From Guillardia theta CCMP2712 (taxonomy: Eukaryota > Protista > Cryptophyta), in assembly GCF_000315625.1 (NCBI RefSeq), contig NW_005434617.1, forward strand, positions 423,439-487,438: a stretch of 64,000 bases of DNA, in the 5' to 3' direction. A model generated the notes under the pieces. That model did not search any database. It was not told the origin of the DNA and saw only the letters and a list, made by a program, of their open reading frames with translations. Of this stretch, positions 48,301 to 60,684 are shown one piece after another; position 1 is the first letter of the stretch, and every line of letters starts with the position of its first letter. Position numbers and translations under genes: made by a program.

Positions 48301-49799
48301 GAGATGGATGAGTTGAGCAAACAATTGAAGGTGTTGCAAATCCTTTGTGCTTCGTCGTGGCTGACAACTTTCCCAGAATCTCTCAAAACAGTTGCAAGAA
48401 CAGATGAAAATCAACGCAGACCTGAAAGACCAAGTACAAGATGGAACAGACATGCAGGACGAAGTCAAGCGTCTCAAGGCTGCTCTGCTTGCCAGCCAGA
48501 AGACAGTGAAAGACCTTGATGAGACTGTGTCTCTCCTCCGTCCAGAGAACGAGCTGCTGCAAAGTCAGGTCGACGAGCTGAAGGAGGAGCTGATTCTCTT
48601 CAGGGTAAGGACGTGGGAGGATGTTGACAGCAGAGGTCTTGACTTTGTGTTCAGAACGCCAGGTTGCAGATTGTGACGAAGTATGCTCTCATGGAGAGTA
48701 AGCTTGAGGAGAAGATCTTTCTCCTGTCTGAAGAGCGAAACCGATTCAAGACTGAGATCGAACACTTCTACTCCTTGCCGTAAGAGCAGGACGAGGAGGA
48801 GGAGGAGGACGAGATGAGGAGAGGAGAAGGAACACTTCTACTCCTTGCCGTAAGAGCAGGACGAGGAGGATGAGGAGGACGAGATGAGGAGGAGGAGAAG
48901 GAGAAGGGATGACATTGTACCAGGAATCCTTGCGGAGTTGGGATGGGGCTCGAGACAAAAGTCATCACGAGCTCCAAGCTGAACGTTCATGAGGAGGAGG
49001 TGAGGGTGATCGACCTGGTGCCCGGAATGTCTGCCGCTCTCTCCGGTGCCATAGCGATCGGAGACAAGATCTTAGAGGTGAGAAGGAGGGGGAGGGAGAA
49101 GGGGAAGGAGGGGAGGGAGAAGGGAAGGAGGGGGAGGGGGAAGGGGAAGGAGGGGGAGGGAGAAGGAGGAGGGAAGAAGATTGGGGGAGTTTGAGGGGAA
49201 TGACTGGTTCGCGAAGATCGACGGCTTTTCCACGTGTGGCAAGTCGTCGGATGAGATTAAGAACATCGTGTCGGGACAGCGCGGGTCCAAGATCGTGCTA
49301 AGTGAGCCCATGCTGCCTGCTCTCCCCCTGCTGACTCGCCTTCAGCTGTAAAGCGAACCAACGATGAGGTGGTCAAGGTCGTTCTTAAGCGCGGAGCATG
49401 GGGACCCGAGCATGCAGTTGTCACCCCAGAGCACTGGGACATGCAGGTAGAGGAGGAAAGGAGGGAGAGCAAGAGAAAAGAAGGGCGAGGAGGGAGGGAG
49501 CAGGGGAGAGGAAGGGGCAGGAAGGGCGAGACAAGGCGGGGAGTGGATGGCAAGCAGGGATGGATGGATGGATGGATGGATGGATGGATGGATGGATGAA
49601 GGGATGGATGGATGGATGGATGGAGGGAGGGAGGGAGGGAGGGAGGGAGGGAGGGAGGGAGGGAGGGAGGGAGGGAGGGAGGGAGGGAGGGAGGAGATAA
49701 GTGAATTGACATTTAAAGTTGCAGAACGGAGGAAGTTGGCCGCAGCCTCGTTCACCGAAGGAGTTGGAAAGAGATCTGACATTAGAGAAGAACGATTGA
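45370..49799 (+). CDS. PDZ - long coiled coil - PDZ scaffold protein (multi-exon)
   Basis: PDZ1: [50 protein letters not shown]2: [32 protein letters not shown]|[16 protein letters not shown] heptad-rich region lies between them. Confidence 0.85.
46634..48300 (+). repeat. Three near-identical tandem copies (about 556/553/556 bp) of a two-intron coiled-coil module
   Basis: GAGCTTGAAGCGTACATGCG recurs near 46636, 47192 and 47745. Intron sequences are also identical between copies. Confidence 0.95.
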
Positions 49800-49878
49800 A
49801 ATCCAAGTGAAACCTTGAATTACCTTTTGATTCAGTTTCATTGGTTGGAAATTCAAATTCATCTGTCTGAATTCATGT

Positions 49879-50743
49879 TCACGCATCGAAATTCTCTTCG
49901 TGCCTGGTTGCCCTGAGGCTCAAAACTCTCTCGAGCTCCTGCTGATACACCAGCTGGGATCGAAGTTGTTCCTGTTCAATATCATCGACTTGCTGTTTCT
50001 CTCTTGGCTCTTGTCGAGCATCGTGTTCTTGTCTTGCTGCAAGTGTTGCTGTATCTTGTTGTCTTGCTGTATCTTTCTGTTTTCTCTGTATCGTCATAAG
50101 AGAAATTCTGCTTGAACATGCACAGACTCACCGATGCGCTCGTTCTTCCCGTAGACCTCCTCGTCCTGATGTTGAGGAAGAGCTCCGTCATCACTTGCGG
50201 GGTCAAGGGCCCGCACGTCTGTTCCCCAAGGCTCAAGCTCTCCTCCTCCTCACTGCCTTCCTCTTCCCGACTTGAGCTCGCACAGAAAATGATCTCTTCC
50301 TCCGTGCTAGCTGCTGTCTCTCCCTCCTCAACTTCCTCCATCACGTCCTCAGTCTGTAGTTGCTCCTCCTCGCACCTCCTCCTCCTCCTCTTCCCCGGTG
50401 GCTCGTCGCCTTGCCGGGCAGGAGCGAGTGCGCGGTGAGCAGCATCAAGACAGGCGAGGGAGGCCAAGAGCTCCGCCCGCAGGGGGTCAAAGTGAAGCAG
50501 AAAAGTCGAACTGAAGTCATCAAAGAAGGAGACGTCGACATCTCCTCCTCCTCCTTCTCTCCTGCTCCTGTCACTGCATTCCACCTCTTCGCTCCTTATA
50601 TCTCGTTCGTTCGCCATCCCACGCAACTGCTGCAGTCTCAAGTTCGCCTGAGCAACCAGTGAACGAGCCGAGCACAAGAACAAAGACATCACCAGCTCAA
50701 CCCGAGCTGCTGCCTCCGACACACAGTTCTGGATCCAACCTCT

Positions 50744-50800
<57 letters not shown>

Positions 50801-51067
50801 CTCCGCAGAGCGGGAGACTGGGAGGGAAGCGTTCTGGCGTGCAAGGAGGAGGGAGCAAGTGCGACGAAGGAGGCGATCGACTCGGAGCTCGAGGCTGCTG
50901 CCGCTGCATAAGCACGAGAGCGATCGGAGCACGTGGAGTATCTCCTGCGATCAGGTCAGGGGAGGGGAGGAGGGCAGCGACTCCTCACGTTCTCCTCGTC
51001 CATTCGCCTCCACATGCAGTAGAAGAAATCTTTCTGTGCTCGGACCAGACTCGACTTGAGAGTTGAT

Positions 51068-51098
<31 letters not shown>

Positions 51099-51143
51099 CT
51101 TGTTGCTGTTGTTGTTGTTGTTGCTGTTGTTGCTGCCCCTGCC

Positions 51144-51184
<41 letters not shown>

Positions 51185-52700
51185 CTGTAGACCTCTGCGA
51201 GATCCTTCAAGCATCGTAACAAGATCTCGCGCATGTCTTGGCTCTCCCCTGCTCACAGAAAGTCAAGATTTTCCCCATCCCTCTGCTCCTCTCTGTTCTT
51301 CTCAACCTTGATCTTCTTGTTTCATCCACTTCTGCAGCCTCGAAACTGCTGAGAGTCAGTACACCACGACCACAACCACCGCCATGTCCTCCTCCTCCCC
51401 TTCCACACCTTTGACATCTCCTTCCCCCCCCCCCCCACGCAAATGGAATGAGCATGGCAACTGGAGGAAGATAGGAGAGAGGAACTTTCTTAGCATGGAC
51501 ATATGTTCACATTACAAAAAACTGGGGTGGGTGTGCCTGCTATAGGCAGGAGAGGGGGGGCAAGAGGGCACGTATAATGAAGGAGGGGGGGAGANNNNNN
51601 NNNNNNNNNNNNNNNNNNNNNNNNNNNNNNNNNNNNNNNNNNNNNNNNNNNNNNNNNNNNNNNNNNNNNNNNNNNNNNNNNNNNNNNNNNNNNNCGCTCT
51701 GCTCTGCTCTGCTCTGCTCTGCTCTGCTCTGCTCTGCTCTGCTCTGCTCTGCTCTGCGCTCCTCTCCTCTCCTCTCCTCTCCTCTCCTCTCCTCTGCTCT
51801 CCTCTCCTCTCCTTTCTCCTTCCCTCTCCCTCGCTTTCGTCTTCCTACTCGCGTCTGGTTTCGCCGTCTCCCGACTCTGAGGCGGAGGTGTGAGATATAA
51901 GGAGAAGCGAGGGAGGGGAGGGAGAGCAAGGCAGGCAGAGCATGATCGACAGTAGGAGGAGGGGCAGGAGCAGGAGGGGCAGGAGCAGGAGGGGCAGGGG
52001 CAGGAGGAGCAGGAGCAGGAGGGGCAGGAGCAGGAGGGGCAGGAGCAGGAGGGGCAGGAGAGTCGAGCAAGAACGGATATCAATGATGACTAAGAGGACG
52101 GGGAGCAGAGGGCCACACGGCGAAGCAGGTGAAGCAGAGCAGCGAGACGTCAGAACAAGAAGAGGAGAATGAAGAGGAGGAGGAGGAGGAGGAGGTTCAA
52201 GTGCAAGAAGGGGAAAACGAACACGAGTATCTGGGGAAGACCGGAGCTTACCTGACCTTACATGATAGAACCATGAAGATCCGTCGGGCGCTTGCAGCGT
52301 CGCTGCTTTCCATCGTTGTAAACTCGGGGCTGGTCGCCTCCTTCGCTTCATCTCCCGCTCTCGCTAGATCGATGAGCGTCAAGGCTGTGCATGCTTGCAG
52401 AGCTTCTTCTTTCCACGGCATGGTGAGGACACGAGGACCAGGACTGTGCGTGGTCATCAAGTGACGCGATGGCAGGCTGCTGGCCAGTCGTCAGTCCTCT
52501 CCCGCCGCTCTCGCTCTGTGCGGCTCAACGGCGTGTCGGGCTCGAGGATGGTGATTTACTGATCCATCAAAACCGCCTTCGACGCATTCAGATTCTATGT
52601 GCTGCGTCAGGGCGAGGAGCTGCGAGGTGAGAGGCGCAGGCAGCTGGGTTGCTCCTCATGCTGGTGCAGGTACCGGAGTGTGGGGAGCTCTCAGGATCAA
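49879..52700 (-). CDS. Multi-exon hypothetical coiled-coil protein with a short polyQ and a possible WW-like motif; spans a gap
   Basis: Exon-like frames 49982-50932 and 50956-51234 (QQQ..EISTLKSSLVRAQKDFF), and WKAATLQAPDGSSWFYHVRSGK near 52250-52315. Confidence 0.4.
51595..51694. other. Assembly gap (100 N)
   Basis: N run. Confidence 1.
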
Positions 52701-53029
52701 GAGGGATCCGGATGAGAGCAAAGAGCAGGAGAAGAAGGAGGAGCGGGAGAGCTCTGACTAGGCCGCCCTGACGGGATACGCCCGAGAAGCGGGTGAAGGG
52801 AAGGAGCAACCATGACGGACGCATCAGAAAAGAAAGCTTGATACGCCCTGAGACCTCTTCCCTCCCTCCCCTCCCACTCGCTGCCTCTCCTTGGCGATGT
52901 TATAAATTTCAAAATCTCACGTGGAATGTCTGCGGGTAGTTAGAGGTTGGGATGAGCAGGAGGGAGGGAGCAGGGGAACAAGAGTTCTTCCTAGGAGGGA
53001 ACAGTCAAGAGCAGCAAGTCATGTCCTCT

Positions 53030-54518
53030 TCAGCTCGCCGTCTCTTGTAACAAAACCTTCAGCATATCACCAACGGTCTGTGCGACAGGAAGCAGGTGTT
53101 CTGCTCCCGAACCAATCCCGAGGGCTCGTAGGGAAGCAGAAGTTTCTACCTCCTTGTCGCCTTTGAGGTCCTGCAGCAGGGTCAGCGAGGACATCCGGCT
53201 GTGGGACGGGAGGAGGAGCAGACCTCAGAGAAGATCCAGTCATCAGCAGGGCTGACAGGAGCAGGAAGGGACATGTCCAAGCATCCTCGAATCAGAAGCT
53301 CTCGCAGCTCTTTGGTAGCACGTCAGTCAGGCCCCCTACCTCCTCCTGCTGACCTTCCGCGCTTGTTCGACGCTCCTGCCCAACGATGAAGCGCCTGCGA
53401 GCCATGCTCACCCTCCTGCGAAACTCTCGGACGCTCCTCGTTCACCTGGACTCGCTCAACGCTTCTCCCGGCATCTCAGCAGCAGCGAGATGAGCCCGAG
53501 CAGCGTCTCGCACGTCACAGATCAGCCTCGTCTGCACCTGCTCGCAGCATGAGGGAAGGAGACGGCGGCCGCTGCTTGCCTTGCCCTCCCCTCTCAGCCA
53601 TCGGCGAACTTGCTGCAAGGACGCACTCTTGACGCCTGAGGACCGAGGAGGACCGAGGAGAAACGTTGGAAGAATGGAAACTACTTCAATTCCATGCTCC
53701 CGTCCAAACTGCAAGGCTTCCTACTGGAGGGTGAGGGTCGACAAAATATCGGGGGAAGCGAGAACGAAGAGGCGGAATTGAGGCAGAGGAGGAAGAGGAG
53801 GAGGAGGAGGAAGGACCTTCTCTGACTGAGTCTTTCCGTACTGGTAGGCTTCCATGCCGGGCCCGTCTTTCGTGCTCACTGTGTTCCAATCATCCGAAGT
53901 GAAGAATTCCTGCCGTCAGGGTCAGCGCACAGCCCCAGATATCGCTCGCACGCCCCACCCCATTGCGAGGTTTCTGTCCACTTCCTCTCAGAGCGGCGAC
54001 AGAGGAAGTCAAGACCACCCGCCTCACTCCGGCTCTTCTCGCGCTCGCCATTACCTGTGCCTGCTAGTCATGCCGCCATTGATTCAGAGCAGCCGGACAC
54101 GTTCAAGGTGCCTTCAATGCAAGTGCTGACTACTTGCTGCTTCTGACTGGCTTGTTGGAGAGACACGGGGAACGGAGAGGCAGCGTGAAACACGACTTGC
54201 ACTCCTTCGAAGGCTTCATCGAAGCTTCCTTCCTCCAAGAGCTCACACCCACGCACTACTCTCACACCATCCATGGCTGGTAAGGCAGCTGACGGCCGAG
54301 CTCTTACAGTCGTGACAACCTTGCGAACATTCAGCAACATACGAGGAGGCGAGTCGAACAACCTCGTGGCCCTGTGCGCATAGCTGAGCAATCAGCTCCT
54401 GACCCAGGAAACCTCCTCCTCCCGTCACACATGCAGCATATCCCGCAGCTCTTTCACTCCACAACACCAGGACAGAAGCAAGCAAACTCAAGCTGCTCAG
54501 TATTCTTGTCAAGTTCAT
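53030..54518 (-). CDS. NAD(P)-dependent epimerase/dehydratase (extended SDR; cinnamoyl-CoA/dihydroflavonol reductase-like) with an N-terminal signal peptide
   Basis: CVTGGGGFLG, EGSFDEAFEGVQVVFHAASPF, IEGTLNV, RVVLTSSVAA, catalytic YQYGK (YxxxK), ILPTFLLGP, CDVRDAARAHLAA. Confidence 0.88.
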
Positions 54519-55693
54519 CCACGAGTCTTCTTCTCCCCCTCCTCTTAGTTCGCCATGTTCCCTACCGGATCCCACACCTGATCCCACCGGGACGAGCCTG
54601 GGCGGGCCTGTTTTCAACTACGAACCAGCTTCGTTGAGAGTTTTAAAATGACACATTGAATATTGAAAATACAAGCGTTTATTTCTTTCAGATTCAGAGC
54701 CACGAACTTGTTTCGTTTGACATTCCAAGTTTTTGGGTAAAGTTTAATAATCACTATTAAAGAGATGTACTGTAAGCTGCATCAGATAGAGACTGAACTG
54801 GTACAATTTCTAATACCATTATATAAAACTATATATAAAGATCGATTACCGGGAACCTTTGGTACAATAAAAGTGCCAATATTATATATCATTATATTTT
54901 GTACTGGTTGGAGACACTCAGGAAAAAAAACATAAAACTTATTATTTCCTTCATAAACGCTGGTCTTCGGATTCCCGGAGGGGGTGGTCAGGCCATTCAC
55001 TTGTAGGGTAAGTTTGCTGGAATGATGGCAAAAGACCCACCCTTCCCTCATAAAATATACAGATTATAAAATACTCAATATCCTCATATGGTACCAAAAT
55101 TTGAATTTGAATGAGTACCTTTGGAAATTTTCTGCCTCTGATGAAAATTTGTGACTCACACACCATGGCAGGGCAGGTGAGGCAGACGCTTCAGGGAGGA
55201 CGGGAAGATGTGGAGAGAGGAAAGGAAGGAGGCGGGGGGAGATGAGGGGCGGAGGAGGCGAAGAAGAATGCGTCAGAGAACATGATGGCCAGAAGGAGAC
55301 GAAAGTTGTATATAAGAACATGAGGTTGTCTTGGACCGAGACAAACCGCAGGAGTAAGAATATTGCAGAGTGTGGGAGAGAGGGAGAGGAAATCGAGACG
55401 GGAATGATTCGTTTTCACGGAAACAAAACATGAAAACCTATGAGAGGCGTGCGAGAATTGTCACAAGGTGGAAGGATGATTACTGAATTAGCAAGTTTCT
55501 TGATAATTGTAGACGAAGGGTACCGAACAAGCAGTAGGATCGGAACAAATGACAAAACATGAGGTAGCAGATGCATTTTCAGAGGAGAGGAGAGCAGAGG
55601 TATCTTAGAGAGAACGTAAGCAGGAGAATTGCGTTCAGCGCAGGCCTTTATCCTTTCATAACGTAAAGTTGACGTCTTTTGCAGTGCATCACA

Positions 55694-56716
55694 ATGGATA
55701 ACGATCTTGACATGTCAAGTCTGCCGTCGGATTGTTTTTCTGAGTGGAGTGGCAACGAAATGAGCAATATCAAGTATGATTCGCTTCTCCTGACTCCTGA
55801 GCGAAGCATCAAGGTTTGGGCTCACCCCTACGAGGAACATTTGTTAGACCCCTGCAAGTTCTTGGATTTCAATCAGTTCCCTGCCGTTGACTTGCCATGC
55901 ACGAATCCCTTTGCTGCCCTCCAGACTTGCAGCAACTCGACGGAGTCAACGAGCAAGGAGGTAGCGCAGGGATGCTCGTCGTCGGATGGCAGTGCGCTGG
56001 AGGACGGAGTGCAGCAGTTGCCGTCTTGCGCGTCTTGGGGTAAGAGCGACCGGCGGGGAGTACGAGAGCCTCTGTCAATGTCCAACTTCAACCAGAGAAG
56101 CGAGGTGAGGGAAAACAGAGACCTCGACTCTGTGGACCTCGAGGGAGGCGAGAATGGTGAGTTGCCGATGATGAGGAGCGTGTGGACGAGGAGCAGCCAC
56201 GAGGGTCTCCTCACATGCGTGGAGGGCAAGAAGCGATGGTACCAGTGCATCGACTGCTCCTACCGCAACGATCGACTCTACCACAGCAAACGTCACTACG
56301 AGAGGATCCATGTCAAGCACGGCAAGTCGGCTCCTTCCAAGCGCAAGTACCCCGAGGCTGCCAGCGACGGACTGCCAGGTCTGGTGCAGCTAGATCCGAT
56401 ATCGGTAGCGAGCCGATGCAACAAGGATGCTGGAGGAAGTGAAGGAAAAGTAGAGGAGGCTATGAACATGCAGCCAGTCAAGGTTGAGACTTGGAAAGGT
56501 GATAGTCAGGTCAAGGAAGAAGGAAAGAAGAAGCCGCGCACGGAGAAGCTGAAGCCTGGAGTGACCATGATTAAGTCGAGAAAGATATCGCAGACACTCA
56601 GCACGCGAGAGGATCTCGATCAGGCAGAGTGGGAGGCGGTTGCGAACAATTATAATCACTTCCAAGTGGTGGCAACTTGCGACGACTTTTCGTGGAACTT
56701 TCACTCTGATTCATGA
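55694..56716 (+). CDS. Single C2H2 zinc-finger protein (probable transcription factor)
   Basis: YQCIDCSYRNDRLYHSKRHYERIH in a long ORF, with a basic NLS-like PSKRK and KKKPR. Confidence 0.75.
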   Translation: MDNDLDMSSLPSDCFSEWSGNEMSNIKYDSLLLTPERSIKVWAHPYEEHLLDPCKFLDFNQFPAVDLPCTNPFAALQTCSNSTESTSKEVAQGCSSSDGSALEDGVQQLPSCASWGKSDRRGVREPLSMSNFNQRSEVRENRDLDSVDLEGGENGELPMMRSVWTRSSHEGLLTCVEGKKRWYQCIDCSYRNDRLYHSKRHYERIHVKHGKSAPSKRKYPEAASDGLPGLVQLDPISVASRCNKDAGGSEGKVEEAMNMQPVKVETWKGDSQVKEEGKKKPRTEKLKPGVTMIKSRKISQTLSTREDLDQAEWEAVANNYNHFQVVATCDDFSWNFHSDS

Positions 56717-56915
56717 TGAATGTGACTCGACGCCTTCACACTTGAACAAATAATCTGTCTCAGCTGTGATACTTGTAAATGTAGTGCTTATGTTTGTCCT
56801 GGCCGTTACTCTGCTCGATAGGTTTTGAAGAAGTAAAACAACACTTGTAACGAGTGTATATCGTTTGCATGCTAACCCACTATCCTACAGTCAAACATCG
56901 GTTGTCACTCATGCC

Positions 56916-59460
56916 CTAGACAGCATATCCCAGCCCAGGAGCCTGGCCCTTGCCAACAGAGATGGGGGGGGAGAGGAACTGTCCCAGTGCTTTGATCTGC
57001 GAGGGGTTGAGAAGCTTCTCATGAGATTCTCGCTGCCTCTTCTGCTCCACGCTCTTGTAGTACTTGATCCCCTCCGACAGTCTCTTCGCCTGCGGCCCCA
57101 AAACTTTCAGCTTCACCCTACTCACAAGGAGAAGCTACCAGTGCTCTGTTGTACCATTCGGCAGTCCCCCGTGAGCTGACGCGCTTCTTGAGAGGATGCA
57201 CCTCCTTGCCAGTGACCTGTCACATCTCTCAGCCTCTTTCTTCAAACCTACACAGATACACACACGCACACCACCACACCGGTAGCCATCTACTACCTTG
57301 TGAATGAAGTTCTCGACGTAAGGGCCCTGCGAGCTCTGCTCCATCTTGAGGCTCTGTCCGAGCTCCTGCGTGGACAAGTAAGGAGGGTTCTATTCCAGCA
57401 AGGCGATTCTCGACCTGAGCCAAATGAGTGGCAGAGTCCTTCTTCAAGAACTTGGGAGCAGCGTGTTTAGGGGCCCAGTTCTTATACTCCATCGTTTCAA
57501 GCTTCTGTGCCTCATGGACCTTTACATGAAGTTCGTTACGAAATTTGGCAACAGCGCTTGAGCACGTACCAACTTCTCTCCATCCTTCTTGTTCAGCGTG
57601 GGGTCGACGTGATGTACAGCCTTGCGAAGCCCCTCTTTCACAGCAACATTCAAAGGAAGAGCATCCCGCAGACCCTGCCAACATGTGAAAAGACAGTCGA
57701 ACGATGCATCGAAACCTACATCTTGCAAATAGGCAGCAACACGCTTGTCCTGCTCCTTGCTCAAGGTTGCATGCGCACTCGGGATGCTTCGTAGCTGCTG
57801 GAGGTTGTTGACATCCTTCAATGTAGCTGCTGCTTTCGCACTCGCTTGTGTGGTTGAGTGGAGCATCTAGAAACGGAAACGATCAGATCATTTATGCATT
57901 TGTTTTCAACAAATATGAAAATCACTATAGCGACAAGACCAGTAAACGCTTCAAACAAGACACCAGGCACTTCGTCTACATTCTCTTCACCTTGTGGGTG
58001 GTTGGGTGCATAACCTTGTGGTTAACAACGTTCATCGGAGTGTCGAGGTCCTTGACAAGCTCCTCGGACTGCTTCCTGCTCAGACTTGGGCCCAAATCCT
58101 TGCTGAAGGTCTGAATGTGATTCAAGTTCTTCCTCCTTTCATCTTCAATCTATCAAGAGACAAAAGACAAGTTACAACCGTGTAGTTAACAAGATGTTGC
58201 ACAGGAAGGAACAGGAGAGCGCAAAAAATCCTTTAGGGAACAAGAAAACCACGACATGAAGCTGGAGCGAATAGGAAAACCACCACACAAATCAGTGATC
58301 CGCGCTCACCTCTTGATTGATGGCATTCTTGGCAACAATCGCGAGAGCATCGGCCTCTCCAGCATTCAATTCTGCTGCTAGTTTCTTGCCCGCCATGGCG
58401 TTAACCTTCACTGCCTGAAATCATAAATCAGTTAGCTTTGACAAGCATTCGTAAATCAGTTAGCTCCGAGCGACAGAGAACTTCAAGGCAGGGCAAAGAG
58501 GTGACCCGAGAGGAAGGAGCGAGCTGTATGGATCACCTGATGCAGCTTGTTGAGCTTGTGGGGTCGCAGCGCTGCCTCCTCACCAGCCTCGAGTGACTTG
58601 GCAAGAGCCTCTCCTGCCTGCTTGGACACAAACTTCTGCTCCCACTGTCAGTGACCTGCCACGTCCACGCATCCTTATGTCACCTCGTGCGTCTTGGGGG
58701 CAGAAGCAGCAGGGTCGAAGTAGTTCTGCTGGGTTTGAGTGAGCTCCTTGGCAAGTGCCTCTGCCTTAGCAGGGGAGAGAGAGTGCTGGCGCTTCTTCGC
58801 CTGCAGGAGGATCATCGGTACACTGACTGCAGATAGCGTAAAACTAACCTGCATTTCCGCATACTGTGGTTGACTGTTGCGCACAGTCCAAGAAATGCCA
58901 TGGTTCTCATCCTTGAGGTACTCGTCCATAGTGTGTGAGAGCTCCGTGGACAGAGCCTGTATGCGGTTGCGTCAGAGCGATCGAAGAACTTCAAACAGCT
59001 GGCAGACAACAACCTGAGCTTGCTTTGCTTGAATCAGCTTCTTGCTCTCCTTCCTGTCTTCCACGATTCCATTTGCATCCTTCCAGTGCATGGCGGCTGA
59101 GTGCATTCCGCCCTTGCGGTAGTGGGGCTCAGGATGGACGAACTTGGAGAAGTAGGGGACGTTCAGAGACGCGGGTTGGTGAGCTCGGGGCTTGACATCT
59201 GACGGGCTGTAGGACTGCTTCATTACGTTCTCCAAGAGCTGGGGGTTCTTCTTGCCAAGGCCGGAATGCTTGCCTGAAGCTTGCTTTGATGCTAGGAGCT
59301 CAGAGCTCTGTCTGCGAGGAGAGAGGACGAGGAGGAGGAGGCATAGAGTCATCGCCATTGCCCCCGCCACCAGCATCCCCTTTTTCCCCGCCTCATACCG
59401 TCGCGCCATCATCCCACCGCGCCTCTTCGCGATTTGCCCCTCTTCCCCGCTCTTGAGCAT
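56916..59460 (-). CDS. Multi-exon hypothetical type II membrane / signal-anchored protein
   Basis: N-terminal TM LVAGAMAMTLCLLLLVL followed by many short exons with GT-AG introns. No family recognised. Confidence 0.55.
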
Positions 59461-60152
59461 CCTGCTGCCCTGAGGCAGGCTCGCTGACCTCAGTTGAGAA
59501 CTGTGAGGGGATGAGGGTGCTAGTTGGCGCTCGAGTAATGCAGGGAAAGGCGGAAAGGGAAGAAGGAGGACGAGGACGAAGATGAGGGGGGGAGGAGAGA
59601 AGATGAGTGGAGGACAGTGACGTACAAGAACTGGTCATCAGATCAGAGATGCAGAGGAGTAGTGGAACATAAGAATGCAGAAGATACTTGGAGTAGAGGA
59701 GGAGCAGGTAGTAGCGCAGAGGTAGAGGTGAGCTGTAGAAGGAAGATATGGCGATGAGATAATAGATGATGCAAGGGTCTTGGGAGTGTTCAAAATATTG
59801 GATGATTGCAGGCAAGAGCTATGGAGGTAGATGGTTACATCACCGCAACCTGGGAACTTGAGGAACGAGGAAGGGTAGCAGGGTGGAAACAATTTTCTGA
59901 ATAGAAGAGGGAAGCAAGCAGGAGCAGCCAGATAGTGATATGAACTGTAGTGAAAACGAGGAGGCGGCTGGAGCACTGGAATGCCAAGGGGAGTAGAGTC
60001 AAAGTGTCAAAAACATCAGCGCGTTTGTTACGCATGTAGATCGTTACGGAAGAAAATCGTTCTTCGCAGATGATGTTGTTCAAACTTGATGTTGCCTGGG
60101 GACGGTGGTTCTGATCTGAGAATAAGTTGACAGATACCTTCGTCGTTCAACC

Positions 60153-60626
60153 ATGGGTGGTCACAGGCATGACAGCCCATCCGACGATGAAGACAAGCAG
60201 GTCAAACCAGGTCGGCATGATACGCCGTCGGACGAGGATGAAGACATCAAGCCCATTGTCGATTTCAAGGGTGAGAAGCGAGCTGAGATCGTGGGTATGG
60301 ACGGAGAACAAGAGCTGGACTCAATGAAGGAGCATCAACACAAGTCCAACGGCGTCAGGGTGAAGCAAGAAGTGTTCGTCAAGGACGAGTTTGGCCGTGA
60401 TCGAAAGGTGGACAAGCCTCGCAGCAGAAGTCGAGACCGAGACAGAAGCCCCAAGAGGAGCAGGAGCCGGTGCGAGCTGCTGCGATGTACTGGTGGAGTG
60501 GGTTGACCTGACTTGTCGTTGTGTGCAGAAGTCGGCGAAGGTACTCCAGAAGCAGAAGCCGAGAGGGATATGGGGGGAGATCGGGACGATATGACAGGGA
60601 CGTCAGGAGGGAGAAGGGGAGACGAT

Positions 60627-60684
<58 letters not shown>

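Noticed and set aside
49558-49695. (GGAT)n(GGAG)n array as telomere-like repeat
   Set aside because: An ordinary intronic microsatellite, also seen at 36540-36580.
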